A stretch of 64,000 nt of DNA from an uncultured Pseudomonadota bacterium (GCA_949298405.1 CASFWA010000001.1:285127-349126); one strand, 5' to 3'; shown: positions 19,993-29,898, numbered from the stretch's first letter. The notes: generated by a model from the sequence alone, not told the origin. Translations and numbers: made by a program.

Positions 19993-21492
19993 TTATTTTC
20001 GTTGTACTACACTTTTTGTTTCTTTTGATTCTGAACCCGCAGAAGAACTTGCGCCTGTTGTCGTAGTTTTTGCTTCATTACCTGATGCTTGTGCTGTTTT
20101 TTGTTCAGATGTTGAATTTGTTGTTGCAGGTGTTTCACCTTCTTTTTTACTACTATTAGAATTATCTTCGGATTGTGTGGCGTTAGAAGATGCAGGTTTG
20201 TCGCCATAGTTTTCCTGGTATTCTTTTTTTGCGTCTTTTAACGCACTTTCTGCTTTTTGTGTGTCTATTGCACGACTAATTGCACCAGATGTTAATGCGC
20301 CTGCAGCAACGCCAAGACCGGAACCCAGCAAACTTGATGTCGCAGATGTCTGTGTTCTGGTCAGTCTGTATGCATTTTCCATAAATGTTGTGACATCTAT
20401 ACCAAACCAATTAGGTGTACAATCAAATGTGTTTCCTGCGTACGCTTTTTTAGATGCATAAAGTGCAGAATCATCACCTGCATAAAATTCAACAGTATAA
20501 ACACAATCTAAACTACGTTCGTCAAACATAGCACCCAGCATGCGACATTGTTCCGCCATCTGGTCACGTAAATCATATAGACGTTCTTCGTCTTTTTGAA
20601 CTTGCTTCTCTGCATCTTGACGCAAAGTTGCAAAGACTTGCATAGTGCGATTCGCAAGACCATTATCTTGTTGTGTACAATTTTTTGCAATTGTTTCGCA
20701 TGCAGCAATCGCCGCATCGCCTGCGGCTTTGCCTAAACACTTGCTAAATGTTACCCCGCATTGGGTCATTATGCAGTCGTTGTATCTGTTCCCACAATCT
20801 ATCACAGCGTTATATGAAGCGAGACGTGCATTCATGTCGCGGTCTGCCTTTATTTCAGATGCAAACATTCTGTATTCTTCGCCATTGCATTCTGTTTCAC
20901 GACGACAAGAATCCATTTTGTTGCCCCAACTGGTGTCCGTGTCACCACTGCATTTAGAAAAGTCGTTACCGCATTTGCCTTGCATACATTTTCTTAAACC
21001 AATATCACATGCGTTTTGACCACTGGATAATGCGTTTTGCATTGTTTGTGTCGCTGTATTGGTCGCATCTTGTGCGTCTAATGCGGCGCGCTGGCGTTGT
21101 ATCATTTCTGCTAGTTCTGTGCTGGAAGAATCTGTTGCAGATGTACTGGTTGAACCTAAAACTTCGTCAAATTGTGAAGATTTATTTTCAATTACGATTT
21201 CTTCTTCTACTTCTGCGTCTTCTTCTACGGTTTCTTCTTCTTCATCGTCTGTTTCTGTGGTCGATGTGCTTTGACTTGGAGAAATGCTCATTGTAGGCAT
21301 CCGAGAAGTAATATTTGTTCTTGTCGCAACAGTCGGTCTGGATGCAGCAGAAGTTGTTGTCCCACGTTGAACAACTGCGCCATTGGAAGAGGTGGCAAAA
21401 AGTGCAATTACAGTTATGCATATCGCATGACTTAGTGTTCGCATAGTATGCGATTGTGATATGTAATGAAATTTTTTTATCATGCTCTTCAT
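19993..21492 (-). CDS. secreted cysteine-rich protein with glycine zipper (family member P5)
   Basis: Signal-like MRTLSHAICITVIALFATSSNGA (start may be 21444); acidic DDEEEETVEED tract; CMQGKCGNDFSKC and CIMTQCGVTFSKC modules; LLGSGLGVAAGALTSGAI. Confidence 0.75.
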   Translation of the reverse strand: MKSMIKKFHYISQSHTMRTLSHAICITVIALFATSSNGAVVQRGTTTSAASRPTVATRTNITSRMPTMSISPSQSTSTTETDDEEEETVEEDAEVEEEIVIENKSSQFDEVLGSTSTSATDSSSTELAEMIQRQRAALDAQDATNTATQTMQNALSSGQNACDIGLRKCMQGKCGNDFSKCSGDTDTSWGNKMDSCRRETECNGEEYRMFASEIKADRDMNARLASYNAVIDCGNRYNDCIMTQCGVTFSKCLGKAAGDAAIAACETIAKNCTQQDNGLANRTMQVFATLRQDAEKQVQKDEERLYDLRDQMAEQCRMLGAMFDERSLDCVYTVEFYAGDDSALYASKKAYAGNTFDCTPNWFGIDVTTFMENAYRLTRTQTSATSSLLGSGLGVAAGALTSGAISRAIDTQKAESALKDAKKEYQENYGDKPASSNATQSEDNSNSSKKEGETPATTNSTSEQKTAQASGNEAKTTTTGASSSAGSESKETKSVVQRK

Positions 21493-21503
21493 TATCTTTT
21501 TAT

Positions 21504-22370
21504 TTATTTTAATAGGTCACAGGCCAAATCGTAAAATTTACATAATTGTGTTGCCGCTGATTTTTCTGATTCATAACCAACTGCGCATTTGTTTGGCATA
21601 CTGCGTTCACAAACACTTTTTATACATGTTTCACGAGCTGTATTGTCTGTACATGCGGCCTTTGCATCAGATAATTTTTTGTCGCGTGCTGTTTGGTATG
21701 CAGTGACTATGTTGGATAATAATTTGTCTGCATTTGCAATTGCTGTATCGCGGTCAGATATAAGTGTGTCACGAATACTTGATATGTAATCATCACAACC
21801 GGTGGCTTCTACACTGCATGCAGCAAAAAAGTTGTTGAATTCTGCATCTGTTTCGCATGAACTAAAATCAGGACCACATTTTTTTGTGTCTATCATGCAT
21901 GCACGAATGTCTGTGCTGCAAGTTGTAGCACTGACCGGTTTCGCAGCAGCGGCACGAAGTTCTGTCATTTTTGCGCTGATACCAGCCGCTTTACAAGATT
22001 GTTCAATTAAACTGTCGTATACATCAGAAACATCGTCCGCAGTACAACCTTCTATTTTCTTTATACATTCGGCAGTTGCCCACGCATATCGTTTGCCGGG
22101 ATCCGATGGCGCGTCTTCTAATTCGTCTTCTGTTAGTATGTATTTGGTAGATTGCCCCAAGGTTAAACTGCGCATAGCATTAGAATTTGACGGTGTGCCA
22201 GCACTTGATGTTCCGCAATATTGACAGCGTGCCGCAGGGTTTGAAGATACATTTATTGCACATGCGGAATCAAGACAACGAGTTAAATTTGCTTGCGAGC
22301 AGGTTGCAGCAACGGAAATCGCTGGCATAAAATACAACCCAAGCACAAAAAATAAGGCTTTTTTCTTCAT
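21504..22370 (-). CDS. secreted cysteine-rich protein (family member P6)
   Basis: Signal peptide MKKKALFFVLGLYFMPAISVAA; CSQANLTRCLDSAC and CMIDTKKCGPDFSSC modules; 11-nt gap to the next gene. Confidence 0.75.
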   Translation of the reverse strand: MKKKALFFVLGLYFMPAISVAATCSQANLTRCLDSACAINVSSNPAARCQYCGTSSAGTPSNSNAMRSLTLGQSTKYILTEDELEDAPSDPGKRYAWATAECIKKIEGCTADDVSDVYDSLIEQSCKAAGISAKMTELRAAAAKPVSATTCSTDIRACMIDTKKCGPDFSSCETDAEFNNFFAACSVEATGCDDYISSIRDTLISDRDTAIANADKLLSNIVTAYQTARDKKLSDAKAACTDNTARETCIKSVCERSMPNKCAVGYESEKSAATQLCKFYDLACDLLK

Positions 22371-22444
22371 TTCTCTCTTTAGGTAAAATTATATCAAAAA
22401 ATACTATGCTGTGAAAGAGAAAAAAGATTTTTTTATTTTAACAG

Positions 22445-22473
22445 TTGACAAAAGTATTGTTTTGTACTAAATT
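22445..22473 (+). promoter_or_regulatory. sigma70-like promoter (TTGACA-17-TAAATT) for the 22505 gene
   Basis: Hexamers and spacing read directly in the divergent intergenic region. Confidence 0.45.
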
Positions 22474-22504
22474 ATAAGTGTAGAATAAAAAAAAGGAAAG
22501 CAAA

Positions 22505-23242
22505 ATGGCTTTAAATCTTAATAAAAAAGTTTTAATTCATACTGGTGCAGGTGTTGCGGCAGTTTTGTTGTTATTGTTCGGTGTTTATCAATGTTCTGAA
22601 AAGCAGGATGAACGTGAGGTAAATAATCAAAATATCGAACAACTTAAAGATGCTAATACTCAATTATCAAATGCAGCAGATGCGTTGAAAGAGGCAAACT
22701 CTAAAATCTCAGATTTATCCTATGCAAATGATGTACAGGCTGATTCCATTATTGTTCTGAATGATTCTATTGGTGTCTTAAATGATTCTATTGTGGTCTT
22801 GAACGATTCGTTGGCTATTGTAAAAGGTGACTTGGAAGATTGCAGAAATAGCAAAAAGCCAGTAGCGCCGGTAAAGAAAACTAAAAAGCCTGTAATTGTA
22901 AAACCAAAACAAGAACAGAAAAAAGAACAACCTGTTATTAATAATGTTATAAATAATAACATAAATAATAATGTTAATGGTGTTGTTGGTGCTAATGTAA
23001 AACTTGATGAAAATGCAAGAAATACAGGAGACATAACAATTGTAAATGCTGCTCAGACACCTAATAATGCAACAGTTGTTTTAGGTAAGGGTGCCGTAAA
23101 CGAAGGTACAATCACTATTAATAATGGTGGTGTTATTAATAACTATTACAATGATACTATTAAACAGGCTGCTGCAAAGTATGCTGCAGCTAGTGGTGTA
23201 GTCATTGTAAAAAGAACAAGAGTTATTCAACGTGTTCGTTAA
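22505..23242 (+). CDS. membrane-anchored repeat protein (heptad VLNDSI repeats, K/P-rich and N-rich tracts)
   Basis: N-terminal anchor VLIHTGAGVAAVLLLLFGVYQC; coiled-coil-like segment; in-frame 21-bp tandem repeats; KKPVAPVKKTKKPVIVKPK; INNVINNNINNNVNG. Confidence 0.7.
   Translation: MALNLNKKVLIHTGAGVAAVLLLLFGVYQCSEKQDEREVNNQNIEQLKDANTQLSNAADALKEANSKISDLSYANDVQADSIIVLNDSIGVLNDSIVVLNDSLAIVKGDLEDCRNSKKPVAPVKKTKKPVIVKPKQEQKKEQPVINNVINNNINNNVNGVVGANVKLDENARNTGDITIVNAAQTPNNATVVLGKGAVNEGTITINNGGVINNYYNDTIKQAAAKYAAASGVVIVKRTRVIQRVR
22748..22810 (+). repeat. three in-frame 21-bp tandem repeats encoding (I/V)(I/G/V)VLNDS
   Basis: attattgttctgaatgattct / attggtgtcttaaatgattct / attgtggtcttgaacgattcg. 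Confidence 0.85.
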
Positions 23243-23362
23243 ATAATGATTTTCCTTTAATTTTTAGACCCGCCTTTATGGCGGGTGTTTTTTGCGAAAA
23301 AGTTTTTCCTAGACATATAATTCTGTTGTGTGTTAAAATATTTTCCATAGAGAGAATTGTTA

Positions 23363-26300
23363 ATGAAATATATTAGAATTTTACTTTTTTCATTGTTTTT
23401 AGCACCAAGTGCGTTATTTGCTGCAACTAATGATTTTACTATTGCTGCTCAGTTATTGTCTGCTGCTAAAAATGCAGATATTCAGCAGGTACAAATTTTA
23501 ATAAATAATGGTGCAAATGTTAATTATGTTGATAGTACAGGGTTATCTATCGTTTGTACTGCGTTGATGAATAACGATATTCGTGCAGCACAGATTTTAC
23601 AAATGTATGGTGCAGATGCTTCAAAATGCGACCAGCAAATAAAACAATATAAAAATCGAACTACTACAGAAAGTAGCGGGGGATTATTTAGCGGGTTGTC
23701 TTCCGCCCAAGGTATGGCACTAGCGGCGGCGGGAGCCGCCGTTGTTGTAGGTGGTTTGTTTTTGTTAACGGATGTTCTTGACCCTGGTAATGAAAATGCT
23801 GGCTCTTCTTCTGGTGGAACAAGACCAGGTGGTGATGGGGGTGGTAGTGATAGTGGTGCGACTGCCAGTGGAACTATACCTGTGGGGCCGGCTTATTTTA
23901 CAAGTACGGGTGAGATTTCTTATAGTCAGGCGGCTTATTTATCTAATTTACAAAATTGGGATCCTAGTGCTGGTGGTATTCGTGAAGCGGATTTTAATTA
24001 TTTTAGACCGTCTGTTCAAACCTCTAATAATTATGTGACAGGGGGAATAACTGTTCCTATGCAAAATTATTTGTTAATGATGCATGGTTATTCCGCTTTT
24101 GCAAATGGGTATATGGGGCAGGCTACATTTCGTGATGAATCGAATAATCCTGTAAAGATTTTAAATCAAGCAGGTGGTGGTAAGCCTATGCTTGTTTCTT
24201 TAATTACTGCGAATGGGGTAAATCCAACAGGTTCGGCAGGGCGAGGATATGGAATTACTTATTCAGATAGCGCAAGTGCAAATTCAAATACATATACTGT
24301 TGATAAATATGCGAACTATTCTGCACCTTGTGTAGAAGGTGAAACTTGTGGCGCAGAACTTGTCGGTTATGATTTGTCCGGAAGTGGTACCGCCATGAAT
24401 CCTTTTGCTACGGCAAATGAAAATGCGCTGGCTAAGATAGTTGCAGGTTGGGAAGCAGGTGGGCGCGCCTATGGTGATTTGTATGGCTTTGTTCCTAATG
24501 GTCAGTTGGCGGTATACAGAACTGGAAATGGATATGGATTCGTTGATGTTCAAAATCCAACGCAAGGAGCGGTGGTCGGTACTTTGACGGATTCTGCATC
24601 AGGTGGAACGGCTAATACTATCGAAGCAGGGGATTCAATAACCTTAAATGGAAAAACTTATACCATTGCCGCGGCAACAACTGGGGCAGGGGTCACAAAT
24701 CCAACAATAGAAATTAATGGTACTACGTATAACCTTGTTTCAGAAAGTTCTATGATGATAGGTACTTGTACAAGCGGTTGTGGTGATGATGAAACTGATA
24801 TCGCAATATATGTCGGAACAGATGGTTATTATTATGTAAATACTTCGGGGAAAAATACTATCGATGCAGTTTACGTAGTAAATAACAACAATATATATGT
24901 TCAAAAAAAGTGGCAGGAAATTGATGTTATGAATTTCCAGGCTATGTATAACGCGCGTAATAGTGGTTCTGCGGCAATTGCAAATGCTGTTTTGAATCCT
25001 GAATCGCGTAGTACTTCTTATTTAACAACAGGGGAAATGGCATCATTATTTGCGTTGAATAGCGGTTTGGATACAAAAACGGTTTTTATGAATCAGATAA
25101 ACTCATATTACGATAATGATGATTCAGGAACTACTACACAGGGGGGCTATGCCAATACTCTATTTAATGGATATAATTCTAGTTTGCCTATTTTAGTCAT
25201 GCCTGCCGGTGAATTTGAATATGGGGTAGGTGATGGTAAGTCTTTAACTGTTTTGGACGCAACTTTCGAAAATTATGCACCTGCATTATATGACGATAAT
25301 TTAGAACATTTATTTATGACGGTTGTTGCGGTACAGCATTCTAAAGGTACTTCTGGTGCAGATAGTATAGAAGATTATGGAAACGGTACAGGAAGTGCAT
25401 ATGGTCCAATTTATCTTTCTATGTGGCAGGATAATAAAGGTACAGATACTACTGATGATGATGTTATTTATTCTTCGCGTAAATGTGGTTTGGCGGGACT
25501 TGGAATAAATGGTATTGACCCATGGTGCTTTTCAGCAGCAGGACCCACTGCAGAAATGGCAACTGCTTCGGCAGCAGGTGCAGTTGCCGCATTAAAAGGC
25601 GCATTTAATTATATGAATAACCAACAGATATTTACTTTGTTGGCGTTGACAGCTGACGGACCTTATCTTGGTACGACAGATGCAGGAACTTCTTTCACAA
25701 CAGACACTTTGGTTGCTTATTTGAAATCTATGTACTCTTTGCCACCTGATTATTATGCTGATAATTTAACAGGACAGGCTTATTTGGATGCTTTTGCAGA
25801 AGTTTATGGTTATGGTTTAATTAATTTGGAAAGAGCTATGACCCCTGGACATGCTATTTATTACTATAATGGGAATACGATTGTTTCTGATTCAGGTAAT
25901 GCTTATTGGCGTGCTGCAAGTAATACTATTTTCCGGCCTTCTGCGGCATTAAGTCCCAGTACAGCAAGAATTAGTGCGCCTTTCTTTGACTTTTTGGAAA
26001 GTGTAGATGGCGATATGTCTTTGCCGCGTATTTGGAAGAATGATTTTGCACTGGGGGTACAGGATAAGCGTGGTTTATATATGGGTGATGTTTTGGGCGA
26101 TTTTAAAACACGTAAGTCAGAACCTAATAAAGTTCAATTCGGCGATTTTGGCTTTTCTATGGCTGTGTCTGAAAAACCTTATGCAGATAATCTGAATGGT
26201 TTGGATAACATGCGCTTAGACTATTCTGTTGATAATTGGAATTTAGCCGCAGAATATCAACGCTATTTTACAGATGGTGCTTCCAGATTTGATGGTATGT

Positions 26301-27079
26301 CAAATCCTGTGCTTGGGTTGGCTTCAAACGCGATAACCTCTGATATCGTTTATAATATGGGTAAATGGTCTTTTGGTACACGTGCTTTTTCTGGTGCAAT
26401 AACAGATGAAGAATTATTAGATAATGACCCAACTGTTTCTTCACAATATAATCCTGCAAGACTAGGATTGATGCAAGGTATGCAATCAGATGTTTCTTGG
26501 AACGGTGAAAAATTTGGGTTTAAAACATCTATTGGTACAGCGCATGAAACAGATACTTTATTGGGTGCACAAAGTGGTGGATTATTGAATATGGGGCAGG
26601 GTAATACCTCTTATGTAGATTCTGAAATTCGTTATTCCCCATATGAGAAATTGAATTTTACTTTGCGTTCTACTTTTGCACATACTGAATCTGATGCAAG
26701 TGGACAATTTATACTTGGGTTATCAGATATTGAATCTAATGCCTTCGCCTTTGGTATTGATGCGGGTAATTTCAGTTTTAGTGTTTCGCAACCGCTTACG
26801 GTAAGTAAAGGTAGTTTACAATATGCTTATGCAGATTATGAAATTGTTGAGGTCGATGGTGGAAAGTATGATTTAGTTGTAAATGATACTCATATCGAAA
26901 ATGTTGATTTAAGCCCAGATGCAAAAGAATTACGTTTTGTTGGAACTTATCGTCATAATTTTGGACCTTGGACAGATGGTGCAATTGGTTTTATTTATCG
27001 TGTAAATCCTAATAATACGAGTGAATTTGGTAATGAATCTATATTTATGATGAAATTGAATCATAGACTAGGAATTTAA
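23363..27079 (+). CDS. large outer-membrane-type protein: N-terminal ankyrin repeat, degenerate subtilase-like passenger, C-terminal beta-barrel-like region
   Basis: Signal peptide; ankyrin-like LLSAAKNADIQQVQILINNGANVNYVDSTGLS...; S8-like remnants (MMHGYSAF, LVMPAGEF, YGYGLINLERAMTPG); alternating beta-strand pattern in the last ~300 aa. ORF track start 23357 is TTG; ATG at 23363. Confidence 0.65.
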   Translation: MKYIRILLFSLFLAPSALFAATNDFTIAAQLLSAAKNADIQQVQILINNGANVNYVDSTGLSIVCTALMNNDIRAAQILQMYGADASKCDQQIKQYKNRTTTESSGGLFSGLSSAQGMALAAAGAAVVVGGLFLLTDVLDPGNENAGSSSGGTRPGGDGGGSDSGATASGTIPVGPAYFTSTGEISYSQAAYLSNLQNWDPSAGGIREADFNYFRPSVQTSNNYVTGGITVPMQNYLLMMHGYSAFANGYMGQATFRDESNNPVKILNQAGGGKPMLVSLITANGVNPTGSAGRGYGITYSDSASANSNTYTVDKYANYSAPCVEGETCGAELVGYDLSGSGTAMNPFATANENALAKIVAGWEAGGRAYGDLYGFVPNGQLAVYRTGNGYGFVDVQNPTQGAVVGTLTDSASGGTANTIEAGDSITLNGKTYTIAAATTGAGVTNPTIEINGTTYNLVSESSMMIGTCTSGCGDDETDIAIYVGTDGYYYVNTSGKNTIDAVYVVNNNNIYVQKKWQEIDVMNFQAMYNARNSGSAAIANAVLNPESRSTSYLTTGEMASLFALNSGLDTKTVFMNQINSYYDNDDSGTTTQGGYANTLFNGYNSSLPILVMPAGEFEYGVGDGKSLTVLDATFENYAPALYDDNLEHLFMTVVAVQHSKGTSGADSIEDYGNGTGSAYGPIYLSMWQDNKGTDTTDDDVIYSSRKCGLAGLGINGIDPWCFSAAGPTAEMATASAAGAVAALKGAFNYMNNQQIFTLLALTADGPYLGTTDAGTSFTTDTLVAYLKSMYSLPPDYYADNLTGQAYLDAFAEVYGYGLINLERAMTPGHAIYYYNGNTIVSDSGNAYWRAASNTIFRPSAALSPSTARISAPFFDFLESVDGDMSLPRIWKNDFALGVQDKRGLYMGDVLGDFKTRKSEPNKVQFGDFGFSMAVSEKPYADNLNGLDNMRLDYSVDNWNLAAEYQRYFTDGASRFDGMSNPVLGLASNAITSDIVYNMGKWSFGTRAFSGAITDEELLDNDPTVSSQYNPARLGLMQGMQSDVSWNGEKFGFKTSIGTAHETDTLLGAQSGGLLNMGQGNTSYVDSEIRYSPYEKLNFTLRSTFAHTESDASGQFILGLSDIESNAFAFGIDAGNFSFSVSQPLTVSKGSLQYAYADYEIVEVDGGKYDLVVNDTHIENVDLSPDAKELRFVGTYRHNFGPWTDGAIGFIYRVNPNNTSEFGNESIFMMKLNHRLGI

Positions 27080-27212
27080 TATTTACATATTTGTCCGGCA
27101 AAACTTTCCTGTCAGTTTTTGACTGCGGGAAAGTTTTGTTTGTTAGAATACTTGATAATTTATATTTTTTTTATATAATATATGCCTCTGTTTATAATAA
27201 AGGTTACATAAA

Positions 27213-27629
27213 ATGAATATTTTTAATGGAATTGAATATATAAAAAATTTTTTTACTGCGCCTAAATTGTCAGAAGGACTTAGCCCATTCGCTGATGAAG
27301 ATATTTATTTATTATCCTGTATGGCTTCTGAAACGTGTTTTTTAAATGCTAAGGATGGTAAAAATTATTTCTATTATGTTTTGCATGAAAAAGGAAATAT
27401 GGATGTCGCAAGGTTTTTGTTCGCAAGAAATGGTTTAAAAGCAAGTGTTCATAAAAGCGAATATTTCTATACTCCTAAATCTGTATTAAGAATTTTGAAT
27501 AAAGATTTTGCTGATAAAACAGAGCAGAAAAAATTTGTGCGTTCTATTAAAGTTAATTATTACAATGGTGAAGATATAAAAAATCGTATATTACAAATTC
27601 GTACAGAAATGAAGCAGAAATCTAAATAA
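27213..27629 (+). CDS. hypothetical protein
   Basis: 138-aa ORF with its own terminator; no recognisable motif. Confidence 0.5.
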   Translation: MNIFNGIEYIKNFFTAPKLSEGLSPFADEDIYLLSCMASETCFLNAKDGKNYFYYVLHEKGNMDVARFLFARNGLKASVHKSEYFYTPKSVLRILNKDFADKTEQKKFVRSIKVNYYNGEDIKNRILQIRTEMKQKSK

Positions 27630-27653
27630 AAAACCGCCTTTTGGCGGTTTTTT
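27628..27653. terminator. bidirectional intrinsic terminator
   Basis: AAAAAACCGCC-TTTT-GGCGGTTTTTT between convergent genes. Confidence 0.8.
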
Positions 27654-29064
27654 ATTTATTGAAAAATCTATCAAATGTTTTTTTGTTTATTTTTACTGGA
27701 TATTCTCTAATCAGAAACGCATTGTAGTCATCTGTAATTTCTTCCATAGAGATGTTTTCTAACTCTTTACGCAAGTCTGCCATTTTTTTTGTATCAGTTT
27801 TTGGTGCAATTTCTTTTTCTATGTGCAAAACATAGAATGCATCAGAGCCCGGAATAATAGAATTAGTCTTTAATTCCGAATTGAATGCCGCAACTAATAC
27901 GTCTGTAGGCGCGCCAGAAGTTCTGGAAACGGTAACTGTCTTTTTGTTTTCTTGCTTACCATTTTGATTTAAGTCTATCAGAATTTCGTTAGCACGAAGA
28001 TATGCTTGTTTACGTTGTTCTTCACGTTTCCAATCTGATGTGATATTCTTTTTAACAGATGAAAATTCTGCATTGTGTGAAGGTATTACTTTATCAACGC
28101 GAACAATTACAAATCCCTTTTTTGTTTCGATAATTTCACTTTCCAAACCTTCATCCATAGAGAATATTCTGGTCATCATCTGGTCTGTTAATAATGCGTC
28201 AACTGGGCGATTACCTTCACCGAAGGTACCAAGAGAAACATATTTTGCTTTGTTCTTGTTCGCAGCAGCAGACATTGATTCGCCAGCAATAATGTCATCT
28301 TCTACGCGAATCGCTTGTTCATAACCCTCGTCATAACTGTCCGGTTTATCCATATCCGCGGTAATCAATACATAAGATACTGTTCTTTGTTCTGGAATTA
28401 CGTGTGGGTGTTGCGAATAAAATTCTTTTAATTGTTCTTCTGTAGGTTCACCTACTTTGAAATCAGAGAATTTTACGGTTGTATAATCTATTTGTCTTTG
28501 ACTATATCTTGCATTGTAGGCCGCAGTTAATGCAAAATTTGGAACTTTTACTGGCAAGGACATCGCACCAAGAACATAAGAACGCAAAACTTGACCGCGT
28601 AAAACATTTGCAAATTCTGCTTCTGTATAACCAGAGTTTGCTAATACGTTATCAAATAAGTAGGTTGAAAATTCACCGTCTGATTGAAATTCTGGAAATT
28701 CACGAATCTCACTGGCGATTTTTGAATCTGTGACAAAAAATCCTAAATCTTTTGCACGGTTTTCTGCCATAGTTTGTGTTGTAAGATTAGATAATACCTT
28801 GTCGTTCAAAGCCTGAATAGAAACCGGGTCTGAATAAAACGCGCGTTGCCGTTCGCGGGACATATTTGATAATTCACGCGCCTTTTCCAAGTTGAATTGT
28901 TGCATCGTTATTTCTGAATCCCCAACGCGAACAAGTGTTGTGTCGCTTGCAACACCACCAAAAATCCATTCGGCAACGCCCCAACCGACAAATGAAAAAG
29001 CCAAAATCCCAATTAAAATTTTTGCAACAGGTTTGTCTGCCGCATTACGTAAATATTCTAGCAT
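27652..29064 (-). CDS. PpiD-like periplasmic chaperone (SurA N-terminal domain protein)
   Basis: N-terminal anchor KPVAKILIGILAFSFVGWG, typical PpiD architecture and size (470 aa). Confidence 0.7.
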   Translation of the reverse strand: MLEYLRNAADKPVAKILIGILAFSFVGWGVAEWIFGGVASDTTLVRVGDSEITMQQFNLEKARELSNMSRERQRAFYSDPVSIQALNDKVLSNLTTQTMAENRAKDLGFFVTDSKIASEIREFPEFQSDGEFSTYLFDNVLANSGYTEAEFANVLRGQVLRSYVLGAMSLPVKVPNFALTAAYNARYSQRQIDYTTVKFSDFKVGEPTEEQLKEFYSQHPHVIPEQRTVSYVLITADMDKPDSYDEGYEQAIRVEDDIIAGESMSAAANKNKAKYVSLGTFGEGNRPVDALLTDQMMTRIFSMDEGLESEIIETKKGFVIVRVDKVIPSHNAEFSSVKKNITSDWKREEQRKQAYLRANEILIDLNQNGKQENKKTVTVSRTSGAPTDVLVAAFNSELKTNSIIPGSDAFYVLHIEKEIAPKTDTKKMADLRKELENISMEEITDDYNAFLIREYPVKINKKTFDRFFNK

Positions 29065-29131
29065 TTAATCCCCTTTTGCGATACCATAGCAAAACGATAT
29101 CAGAAAAATCAATGAAAAAAAGGGAAAATCA

Positions 29132-29836
29132 ATGAAAATTATCGCTGGAAACTGGAAAATGAACGGGGCACAAAACGCACTGAAAGAAATGGTTGATGCA
29201 TTGCAAAATGTAGATACTGATAATAGGGTTGTTTTGTGTGTCCCTTATACAATGTTATGCTTGGATTCTGGTAGGGTTGCTTTGGGCGCGCAGGATGTCA
29301 GTGCACATGAAAAGGGGGCGTATACAGGTGAAGTTTCTGCAACAATGATTGCTGAAACTGGTGCTAAATATGTTATCGTTGGCCATAGTGAACGCCGCCA
29401 ATACCATGAAGAAACAAATTCTATTGTCCGTCAAAAAGCAGCATTGGCTTTAAATGCTGGTTTAACACCTATTATTTGTGTTGGTGAAACAATGGAAGAA
29501 AAGCAAGCAGGTAAAACAATGGCGGTTATAGAATCCGGAGTTCGTGAATCTATCCCAAGTGACGTTAGCCGTGATATAATTGTTGCTTATGAACCACGTT
29601 GGGCAATTGGTGCAGGGCTGACGCCAACAGAAGCAGAAATTGCAGAAGCGCACAAATTAATAGCAGATACTTTGAAGAATATGGGGTTGGCTGGAACTCC
29701 TGTATTATATGGCGCAAGCGTAAAAGCAACAAATGCGGCAGAAATAATGTCGATTCCAAATGTTGATGGCGTTTTAGTCGGTGGTGCATCCTTGAAACCT
29801 GACGACTTCATACCTATAATAACAAGTGTGAAATAA
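29132..29836 (+). CDS. tpiA: triosephosphate isomerase
   Basis: MKIIAGNWKMNG, VIVGHSERR, AYEPRWAIGAG motifs. Confidence 0.95.
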   Translation: MKIIAGNWKMNGAQNALKEMVDALQNVDTDNRVVLCVPYTMLCLDSGRVALGAQDVSAHEKGAYTGEVSATMIAETGAKYVIVGHSERRQYHEETNSIVRQKAALALNAGLTPIICVGETMEEKQAGKTMAVIESGVRESIPSDVSRDIIVAYEPRWAIGAGLTPTEAEIAEAHKLIADTLKNMGLAGTPVLYGASVKATNAAEIMSIPNVDGVLVGGASLKPDDFIPIITSVK

Positions 29837-29898
29837 TTATATAGTGGGTTTTGGGGGTGTAATCCGCCGCCCCCATTTATTTACAATAGGTTTATGGT

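Noticed and set aside
22748-22810. Possible CRISPR or other non-coding array, because of regularly spaced short repeats.
   Set aside because: There are only three 21-bp units, contiguous without spacers, in frame inside a CDS. No cas genes are in the window. I saw no CRISPR array anywhere in the 64 kb.
10900-27100. Diversity-generating retroelement, retron or phase-variation invertase controlling the paralog family.
   Set aside because: No reverse transcriptase, recombinase or template/variable repeat pair is detectable in the window. Paralog diversity looks like old divergence rather than cassette switching.
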